This document shows, in pieces, positions 37,469 through 44,836 of a stretch of DNA of 55,606 nt (positions are counted from its first letter, which is position 1; each line of letters starts with the position of its first letter). The DNA is from a virus. Lineage: Duplodnaviria; Caudoviricetes. A program made the position numbers and the translations under genes. The stretch is taken from IMG/VR virus record IMGVR_UViG_3300030106_005674, positions 1 to 55,606 of that record; one strand, given 5' to 3'. Under the pieces are notes generated by a model. The model was not told the DNA's origin, made no database searches, and saw only the letters and a list, made by a program, of their open reading frames with translations.

Positions 37469-37510
37469 AAAAAACCCCGGTTGCACCTGACAGTGGAGCG
37501 CAACCGGGGT
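37469..37510 (-). terminator. 11-bp hairpin with A run (minus-strand terminator or mRNA structure before primase)
   Basis: ACCCCGGTTGC (37474-37484) pairs with GCAACCGGGGT (37500-37510), preceded by A6. Confidence 0.55.
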
Positions 37511-37528
37511 CAGCTATGGAGCTTTTAG

Positions 37529-39742
37529 ATGTCGAACCTCTTCCCTCTCAACATCACCTTCTTCAAAGAAGGCTTTACCAGCGTATCGCCTGTGGCTGTT
37601 ACTGTCAAGGATGCTGCAAATCTCAGCCGCATCTTTACGAACCCGCCCAAGCGTTCAACTCAGTTCCCAAAGAAGCGTCTTCCCTGCTGGTCTCCAGCAA
37701 ACTACGTGCCCGGAACCAAGCGTGCGAATGACAACGTAGAAGAAGTGACAGTCCTGGTCTATGACTTTGACCACGGCAAAGACTCGCCCGACTTCGTGTC
37801 TAAGCTACTCCGCAAGAAGAACTTAGCCTTCCTTCTGCACACGACTTGGAGTCACCGCCCAAGTGAGCCTCGGTACCGTGTGCTCGTGTTCTTGGACAGA
37901 CCACTGACGCCTCAAGAATATCCCATCGCATGGGCCAAGGGACTGAGGGTTATGGGTTATGATGCAGGGGTTGACCGGCAAGCGCGTAACATCTCCCGGC
38001 ACTACGCTTTGCCTGCCCACGTCGACGGAGAAGAATACGTTGTCGAAATGAACCTGGCGGGTGCTCCTTTGAACTCAGACGAGATTAGCAAGCAAGAGAA
38101 AAAAGAGAAGCGCAAAGCGGGTGAGCCCGTTCTGAAGTTGGATACCCAACTGATTCTCGACACCGGAGAGGTGACAACGGTTGCTGCCCTGATGAAGGGT
38201 GGCGAGGGGAAGTACAAGTGTACTTGCCCATTCCAAGAAGACGCTTCTCCTGGTTCTGCTTTTCTCAGGGTCATGGCTGATGGCCGAACTTTCCTGCAAT
38301 GCACCAGTGACCGGCACGACCATGAAGGTAAGCAGTTCTGGCTGAAGAATAAGACGAGAGGTAACAGAGCAGCCCGAAGTGTTGAGGACCGTGAGCATCG
38401 TCTGTCTGAGATTCCTGAAGACTTGAAGAACTACGCTGAGCGTCGGCTCGCGTACAACGCAGTACAGGGAGTGTTCTACCGTCATGCTGAGGGAGCATGG
38501 CAGATTAGCCAGCCCATCCGCAAAGACCCCCTGACTGACCACTTCATTGGTCTACTGCCCAAGGGGTGTGACAAGAACCACGCCACCGCAATCATCGACC
38601 ACATTCTTTCGCGACAAGTGTATGGCTTTGATTGTCAGAGCAGCCGTGCTCCAGTCGTCAGAAAGAACGAAGTGCCCATGCTCAACCTTTATGCGTGGCC
38701 AGACCTGAGAGCTAAATCAGGACCATACCCACGGGTATCTCAGATTGTGGAGCTTCTGTGTGCTGGCGATGCCCAGGCTGTGAAGTGGCTGATGCACTGG
38801 AGTGCTGCCCTCATCCAGCACCCAGAGCGCAGAGCCATGGTCGCTGTCCTTGTCCTCTCACCACAGCAGGGAATCGGGAAAAGTTTGTATGGCCGAATCA
38901 TGGCTGAGATTATCGGCAAGGGAAACTCTGTAGTCGTGAGCAACAAGGCTCTCCGCGATAACTTCAATGCACACTACGTCACCAGTCTTCTCGTCTTGGC
39001 TGACGAGGTTGGCATCGACAAGAAATCAGCGGACATCATCGCAGAGATTAAAGCTGCAATTACAGACGACCGGGTTCACTGCTCTACTCCCTACGCAGCC
39101 CGGACTACAGTTACGAACAGGATGACCTGGTGGCTTACGTCAAACAAGAGGCGTCCTTTCCTCGTCGAGCAGGATGACCGCCGATTCACCATCCTGTCTC
39201 CAGGACAAGCCGAAACCAAGTACCGGAAGATGCTTCAGAAGTGCTTCGACTCGAAGACCTCTAAGTTTGCTACGGACTTCTACGAGGAGATTCAAGGCTA
39301 CGCAGACTACCTGAAGAACCTCCAGATTGACTGGAACCTCATCGCTCGTCCCTACAACACTGCAGCCAAGGTGGAGATTCAAGGCGCGAGTATGGGGAGC
39401 ATGGAGTCTTTCACTCTGGAACTTACGTCTAATGGTGCAGCGGAAGTGCTGAGCAACTATCCTCCTGGACCTTCGTACCTGAGAATCTCAGAGCAGGCTG
39501 CTGGCAGCGTTGTTCCATGTGAGACTCTGTATGGTTCGTACCGAGAGTACTGCACCAAGAACGGTAAGACAGACATGTACAGCGAGAACATGCTGCGCCT
39601 TGTCATCCGAGACATTCCAGGTGTGTCTGTTGTTCCTGCCCGTGTTGGTGGGAGAAAAGTACAGGTTTACCGAGGCCTGCCCAAGCAGAAGAAGGAGACT
39701 GCAGGCAAGGTTGTAAGCATCTCTCCCCAACAAGGAGTTTAG
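37529..39742 (+). CDS. Primase-polymerase (AEP-like) fused to SF3/DUF5906 helicase
   Basis: N-terminal YDFD, HTTWSH and PRYRV; central Cys/His cluster; C-terminal GIGKS, LADE, TSN and DDRRF. Confidence 0.88.
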   Translation: MSNLFPLNITFFKEGFTSVSPVAVTVKDAANLSRIFTNPPKRSTQFPKKRLPCWSPANYVPGTKRANDNVEEVTVLVYDFDHGKDSPDFVSKLLRKKNLAFLLHTTWSHRPSEPRYRVLVFLDRPLTPQEYPIAWAKGLRVMGYDAGVDRQARNISRHYALPAHVDGEEYVVEMNLAGAPLNSDEISKQEKKEKRKAGEPVLKLDTQLILDTGEVTTVAALMKGGEGKYKCTCPFQEDASPGSAFLRVMADGRTFLQCTSDRHDHEGKQFWLKNKTRGNRAARSVEDREHRLSEIPEDLKNYAERRLAYNAVQGVFYRHAEGAWQISQPIRKDPLTDHFIGLLPKGCDKNHATAIIDHILSRQVYGFDCQSSRAPVVRKNEVPMLNLYAWPDLRAKSGPYPRVSQIVELLCAGDAQAVKWLMHWSAALIQHPERRAMVAVLVLSPQQGIGKSLYGRIMAEIIGKGNSVVVSNKALRDNFNAHYVTSLLVLADEVGIDKKSADIIAEIKAAITDDRVHCSTPYAARTTVTNRMTWWLTSNKRRPFLVEQDDRRFTILSPGQAETKYRKMLQKCFDSKTSKFATDFYEEIQGYADYLKNLQIDWNLIARPYNTAAKVEIQGASMGSMESFTLELTSNGAAEVLSNYPPGPSYLRISEQAAGSVVPCETLYGSYREYCTKNGKTDMYSENMLRLVIRDIPGVSVVPARVGGRKVQVYRGLPKQKKETAGKVVSISPQQGV

Positions 39743-39744
39743 TC

Positions 39745-39924
39745 ATGGACTTGACTGATGAGCGGTTCCACCGTCGTATCATTCCGTGGGCGAAGCTGGA
39801 GTTGGAAGGCGTAGACGCACGCACGGTAATGAAAGAAGCCCAAAAACAGAAGATGTGGATGCTCTCCAGAAAAGCTGAGCATCGATGGCACAACCAGCGA
39901 CTACTGAAAGAGAAAGCTGGCTAA
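39745..39924 (+). CDS. Small hypothetical protein (59 aa)
   Basis: Below the track cutoff: AGGAG RBS, MDLTDERFHRRIIPW... Confidence 0.65.
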   Translation: MDLTDERFHRRIIPWAKLELEGVDARTVMKEAQKQKMWMLSRKAEHRWHNQRLLKEKAG

Positions 39925-39954
39925 CGTCTCACATCAAACATCAAGGGGTGAACC

Positions 39955-41526
39955 ATGTTTCGCCGTATGAACTCTGTTCCTTCTTTCGTGGAGGAACTCC
40001 CAGGCGTTTGGAAAAACAAACGTAGACCTGGATTCCGTGTACCCATCAACTGTCTTCCCATCTTGGGTAAGCCACTTCCGGAAACAGCAAACAAGCTGAG
40101 CTTGGCTTTGTCGAACGTGAACCTGCACGTTTGGGTTCGCGGGTTCATGATGGAGCACCAGAAGACCATCGTAAACAAAGCCCTAAACAGAGAGGGGTTC
40201 CATGCCTGGTCTCCTCCCGGCTCGGGCAAAACCCTGTGCGGTATCGTGTGGCTCGCTGCCCACCGTGGGCCCAAGGTGGTGATTACAAAAGCCGCCGCCC
40301 GTGGGACGTGGAAAGAAGAGATACGAAAGTACTCTACTTTTGAGCCCGTGCTGCTGACAGGACACAACGCTTCGGCTGTGTCGGACAGAGACGATGTCAT
40401 CTACATCACAGCGTGGGAAACCCTCATCCACTGGAAAGAAGTGCTGACTTCGTTGAACATCGAAGCTCTTGTCATGGATGAGATTCACTGGGCGAAGCAA
40501 CACAAAAGAGTAAAGGCAATCGTGGGCAAGGACGGGAAGACCCGTTGGAAGCCTCTGCCCAACACGGCTGCGGCTGCTATGGCTGTGGCACACTCAGCCC
40601 AAAGAAGATTAGGCCTCACTGCTACCCCCATTCCAAACAGGCCTCGAGACCTGTGGGCACAACTCGACTTGGTTGAGCCCTGGCAGTGGGGGACTTTTCA
40701 CGAATTCGGTGTCCGCTACTGCGGTGGATACCAAGACACCTATGGTTGGAAGTATGAAGAACTCAGTAATGGCGAAGAGCTACAACAAAGACTTCGCTAT
40801 TCAAAACACAACACAAGCCAAAAAGCAATCAACGCTCGTTTGCCTGCCAAGCGGCGTCAAGTGGTTTACCTCGAACAGTCCGAGCAGAATCGACCATCGG
40901 CTTTTCGGCAAGACATCAAACGTGTATCAAGGGCTGGTGACCGGGAGAGCATGTTTGAAGTAATGCTCCAAGAAGCTGCTTCAAGGAAGAGGAAGTACAT
41001 CATTGACCGCGTCTGTGATGCCGTGAAATCCGGACAGAAAGTGGTCGTGTTCACTGGACGAAGAAAAGACTGCGACCAACTCGGACAAGAACTGACCGAC
41101 AAACTTGGTGACAGTCCGGTATGGTGCGCCCATGGTGGCACTACTTCTGAGGGCCGAGACCTAATCCGGGCGGAATACATGTCTACCCAATGCGGCTGTG
41201 TTCTTGTGGGTACAGGAGACGCATGGGGAGAGTCAGTCAACCTGCAGGATACAGACTTAGCCCTCTTTGTAATGCTGCCCTGGACCCCCCGCTCCATCGG
41301 ACAGTGGGAAGGCCGGTTCGCCCGGTTGGGACAGAAGAGACCTGTACTCATCACCTATGTCATCGCCTCGGGAACAGTTGATGAACACGTAGCAGAGCTA
41401 CTTGTAGACAAACTTCCTGCGGTTGGAGAGGTGGCTGACGATGCGGTGATTCAGGAGGTTGAAGCTGCCTTTTCGGGTAGTCAGGAGGACCTCTTGGGTA
41501 GAATTTCTTCACTTTTTCCATCTTAG
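39955..41526 (+). CDS. SNF2-like SF2 helicase
   Basis: PPGSGKT, MDEIH, LTATP, 'GESVNLQ' and 'QWEGRFARLGQ'. Confidence 0.9.
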   Translation: MFRRMNSVPSFVEELPGVWKNKRRPGFRVPINCLPILGKPLPETANKLSLALSNVNLHVWVRGFMMEHQKTIVNKALNREGFHAWSPPGSGKTLCGIVWLAAHRGPKVVITKAAARGTWKEEIRKYSTFEPVLLTGHNASAVSDRDDVIYITAWETLIHWKEVLTSLNIEALVMDEIHWAKQHKRVKAIVGKDGKTRWKPLPNTAAAAMAVAHSAQRRLGLTATPIPNRPRDLWAQLDLVEPWQWGTFHEFGVRYCGGYQDTYGWKYEELSNGEELQQRLRYSKHNTSQKAINARLPAKRRQVVYLEQSEQNRPSAFRQDIKRVSRAGDRESMFEVMLQEAASRKRKYIIDRVCDAVKSGQKVVVFTGRRKDCDQLGQELTDKLGDSPVWCAHGGTTSEGRDLIRAEYMSTQCGCVLVGTGDAWGESVNLQDTDLALFVMLPWTPRSIGQWEGRFARLGQKRPVLITYVIASGTVDEHVAELLVDKLPAVGEVADDAVIQEVEAAFSGSQEDLLGRISSLFPS

Positions 41527-41530
41527 CGCC

Positions 41531-41560
41531 TTGACACCTGTCGGACACCTGGGATAGCCT
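41531..41560 (+). promoter_or_regulatory. Sigma-70 promoter candidate before the denV-like gene
   Basis: TTGACA-18 nt-TAGCCT, overlapped by a GACACCTG direct repeat. Confidence 0.55.
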
Positions 41561-41586
41561 CAATACACCTCGCAACAGGAGTACCC

Positions 41587-42057
41587 ATGAACATCTTCTT
41601 CCTCGACAACGACCCTAAGGTTGCAGCGCAGTCGCTCTGCGACAAGCATGTGCCCAAGATGGCCCTGGAGACCGCTCAGATGCTCTGTACTGCCGTCAAT
41701 GAGCACGGCGGCACCTCGGCATACAAGAGCGCCTACAAGAACCACCCAAGCACCGTGTGGGCCCGTCGCAGCAAGGAGACCTTCTCCTGGCTCTTCGAGC
41801 ATGGACTGGCCATCTGCGCTGAGTACACCAAGCGGTTCGGCAAGGTACACAAGTGTGAGGCTGTCATCGTAGACTGCTACTCACAGGTTAGTCTTCTTCC
41901 TGAAGGCGGTGTCCACACTCCCCCTCAGTGCATGCCTGACCAGTACCGATGCGAGTCTCTCGTCGATGCATACCGTGCGTACTACATCAACGAGAAGGCC
42001 TACTTCGCTAAGTGGGAGAAGGGTACCTCTGCACCAAGCTGGTGGCCCAGTGTCTAA
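41587..42057 (+). CDS. Pyrimidine-dimer DNA glycosylase / endonuclease V family protein
   Basis: MNIFFLD...DKHVPKMALETAQML...NHPSTVWAR...EYTKRFGKVH...AYRAYY. Confidence 0.88.
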   Translation: MNIFFLDNDPKVAAQSLCDKHVPKMALETAQMLCTAVNEHGGTSAYKSAYKNHPSTVWARRSKETFSWLFEHGLAICAEYTKRFGKVHKCEAVIVDCYSQVSLLPEGGVHTPPQCMPDQYRCESLVDAYRAYYINEKAYFAKWEKGTSAPSWWPSV

Positions 42058-42907
42058 GATTCTACTTAACGCTGGTCCGTCCGAGCGTGGATGGCATCGA
42101 ATCGAGGGCGCTTCCCGCTGCTTACGTCTATTCGCATGGAGAGAAGCAGGAGCCGTAAAGTGGAAGACAAGTGCTCCACTCGTGAAGGGTAGCCTTCTCC
42201 ACATTGGGCTTGCACATCTTTACGCCCGTAAGCGGTGTGAACTAAACGGAGAAGACCCAGACCAGTACTACACTCCAATCGAAGCAGTAAAAGAACTCGC
42301 AGAGATTGAAGCCCAAAATGCTGAGACTGCTCACGATACCGCACTCTGGCGAATCCATGTTCCCGACATTCTTATGGCTCTTTCTCAGTACGAGGGTCGG
42401 TGGCAGTTTTGCCAGTGGGAGCCCATCATGGTTGAGGAAGAACTGAGGGCTCACATACCTAAGATTAACCAAGACGGTACGTTTTTATTCACGCAGCGTG
42501 CAGATTTGGCAGTAAAAGATGAGAACGGCACGTACTGGATTGTTGACCACAAGTCCTGCTACCGCATCGAGAGTAAGACTCTTCGGCAGCATATTCTCTC
42601 TGGCCAGTTTCTTGGCTACCAACTTTTCGGAAGAAAGATGTGGGGAGAAAAGTTCGGCGGAGTTGTCGTCAACCGAGTGAAGTTGTCTGAGCCCTACGCT
42701 TTCGACCGCGCAATTCTTGAACCCGCACCCAACGCCATCCGAGTCTTCGCAAAGAACTTAGCCCTACAAGAGCACATGGTTGATATGTTTGAAGGCAAGC
42801 CACCTATTGAGTGGCCCGCCGTCTACAGCGACCAGACCTGCTGGGGTAAGTACGGCAAGTGTGATGCCTTTGAACTCTGCCAATGGGGACAAGAAAATGC
42901 CGTATAA
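42050..42907 (+). CDS. PD-(D/E)XK Cas4/RecB-like exonuclease
   Basis: Likely GTG start at 42050; ADL..., IVDHKS, QFLGY; one N-terminal and three C-terminal Cys (Fe-S staple layout). Confidence 0.8.
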   Translation: MSKILLNAGPSERGWHRIEGASRCLRLFAWREAGAVKWKTSAPLVKGSLLHIGLAHLYARKRCELNGEDPDQYYTPIEAVKELAEIEAQNAETAHDTALWRIHVPDILMALSQYEGRWQFCQWEPIMVEEELRAHIPKINQDGTFLFTQRADLAVKDENGTYWIVDHKSCYRIESKTLRQHILSGQFLGYQLFGRKMWGEKFGGVVVNRVKLSEPYAFDRAILEPAPNAIRVFAKNLALQEHMVDMFEGKPPIEWPAVYSDQTCWGKYGKCDAFELCQWGQENAV

Positions 42908-43157
42908 GAACAAAGAAGACAAGAAAGCCCACGATAGGAAGTGGGGTAAGCTGACGGTCTCCCTCCGAGTCAAAAGAAATAAGGCTCGACGAGAGGCCAT
43001 CAGAGAAGGCCGCGCCAAGAAAGGTGACGGCACCCACGTTGACCACAAGGTTCCGCTTTCCAAGGGTGGCGGCAACGGAGACGGGAACACCCGTGTGGTT
43101 AGCGCAGAAGTAAACCTCACAAAATACGATAAAACTCCAGAGACGAAAAAAGCATGA
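42897..43157 (+). CDS. Small HNH endonuclease
   Basis: Start at ATG 42897; HVDHKVPLSKGG...N...N. Confidence 0.8.
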   Translation: MPYKNKEDKKAHDRKWGKLTVSLRVKRNKARREAIREGRAKKGDGTHVDHKVPLSKGGGNGDGNTRVVSAEVNLTKYDKTPETKKA

Positions 43158-44038
43158 GCGACGGAATCTTTGCCGTAATCTACGGCCCCTCAAAAACTGG
43201 TAAGAGCACAGCCACTGGTGCGGCTGGTGCCAACGGACTCTTCATCGCACAGACAGGCGGTCTGCTCCCCCTCAAGAACTTCTTGGGTCTGGAGAACATT
43301 AAGACTGCGGGTGCCAAGGATGTCGAGGCTGCGGGTACTCTTGTTGCCCAGAGTGCTGGAAAGACTCCGACAATTGTTGTCGATGACTTTTCTCTGCTGG
43401 TTGAGAGCACTGTGACTGAACTCGAAAAGAAGCACTCTTTCGGGGACATGTGGCGCAAGCTGCGGCAACAGGTTCTTTTCATGCGTGACTCTGCACGCTA
43501 CGCCACGTCAAAAGGAACGCACGTATTCTTCAACTGCCACCAAGTTCCGCCCAAGGTTTCTTCTGGCAAGAGAGTACGTGGTGGACCAAAGCTGCCTGGC
43601 CAACTTCCTGAGCAATTCTCAGCATTTGCAGATGTTGTTGCCCGTGCAGAATATGAGGAGACTGCCGCGCCCTGGAAGTATCTTCTCCGGACTGGGCCGC
43701 ACCCAGATTACATCGCAGGCGACCGGCTCGGTGTCCTGCCTGACCCGGCTCCGATGAACCTCAGAGAAGCACTAATCGCTGCCGGATATGATTTGCCCCG
43801 CCCCAAGGGATTCGAGTGGATGGACAAGACAGCAGACAAGCTCTGCGAACTTGTGCTCAAGAATGGGCTCGAAGACTGGAGAACAACTCTCCAGAAGGCG
43901 GGAAAAGAACTCGCAGGTAAGTACGACTTGCGACACGTCCGTTGGGTACTGCAGGATTCTCTGCACCGAGCGGTAATTCAAAACGCGGGCGAGAATATTC
44001 TCGACCAAATGTTCATCGATGAACAGGAGCAATGGTAA
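43154..44038 (+). CDS. AAA_24 / Sak4-like recombination ATPase
   Basis: YGPSKTGKST, IVVDD, 'PKLPGQ...FADVV'; adjacent to the nuclease and SSB. Confidence 0.8.
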   Translation: MSDGIFAVIYGPSKTGKSTATGAAGANGLFIAQTGGLLPLKNFLGLENIKTAGAKDVEAAGTLVAQSAGKTPTIVVDDFSLLVESTVTELEKKHSFGDMWRKLRQQVLFMRDSARYATSKGTHVFFNCHQVPPKVSSGKRVRGGPKLPGQLPEQFSAFADVVARAEYEETAAPWKYLLRTGPHPDYIAGDRLGVLPDPAPMNLREALIAAGYDLPRPKGFEWMDKTADKLCELVLKNGLEDWRTTLQKAGKELAGKYDLRHVRWVLQDSLHRAVIQNAGENILDQMFIDEQEQW

Positions 44039-44574
44039 TCATGAGCGATCTTAATATTGAACTCGACTTCACTGGTATTCAAGCAGCTTCGGGTGGCCTC
44101 GGCTACCTCAAGACTGGCCTTCACACAGGAACAATCCTTGAGTTTACTCACTTCGAGGACTCTGGGCGCTTGTATGCCTACTACATGACAAACGGTGTCC
44201 GTCACCGGGACTCATTCAATCTTACTTCCCCCAATGCACTACCTTTCCTGAAGGCTATGCTTGAGAGTGCAGGTGTTCCCGCATCTAAGCTCGGTGGGAA
44301 GGGAAACATTCCGTTCCATAAGCTGGCCGGAAAGACCGTGTACTTCAACTATGTTGCACCAGAGATGGACAGCACCGGGAAGGCTGTTCAGGGTTCGTAC
44401 CCTAAGTACACCTACTACACCAAGGACCGCTACACACAAATGGCTGAGGTCTCCTCTCTTCAGCCCCAGGATGTGGACGTAGCCCAAACGAATGGGGGCG
44501 GCGCTCCGGTTTCGCAAGCATCCGGCGCAGCGTCTAACGACGACTTCGATTTCCTCCTTGGCTCTGACGACTAG
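44032..44574 (+). CDS. Single-stranded DNA-binding protein (DUF669-like)
   Basis: 'LDFTGI...LKTGLHTGTI', acidic/aromatic C-terminal tail DDFDFLLGSDD; follows Sak4. Confidence 0.65.
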   Translation: MVIMSDLNIELDFTGIQAASGGLGYLKTGLHTGTILEFTHFEDSGRLYAYYMTNGVRHRDSFNLTSPNALPFLKAMLESAGVPASKLGGKGNIPFHKLAGKTVYFNYVAPEMDSTGKAVQGSYPKYTYYTKDRYTQMAEVSSLQPQDVDVAQTNGGGAPVSQASGAASNDDFDFLLGSDD

Positions 44575-44586
44575 CAGTTTGGAACA

Positions 44587-44819
44587 CCACCATGGCAGAC
44601 GGTGGAAATAGTCTGCCTTCCTGTTGCGACCGCTGGCGGGTCGGTCGAAAAAATACCCGCCCCATTTTGCCATCGTTGCGCCGCTAAAGTCGGTTCTGCC
44701 AGGGGCTAAGCATCCCCGTTGAGTGACGATGGCAACCATACCAAAAAAGTGCCAACCTTTTGCCGGTCCTGAAAGCACTCTAATCTAGGAAGGTCAAGGA
44801 CCGGCACCCACCTTTTTTT
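44587..44819 (+). ncRNA. Putative structured RNA array (two H-type pseudoknots + two long-stem NCCA-ended elements)
   Basis: Perfect complementary segments throughout the ssb-polA spacer (see findings); ends in a T7 run. Confidence 0.6.
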
Positions 44820-44836
44820 CTTGGAATTAGCTCTCC

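Noticed and set aside
44668-44738. Canonical tRNA-Phe gene
   Set aside because: 12-bp closing stem, only two internal arms, no D-loop GG or TTCRA; kept only as a tRNA-like candidate.
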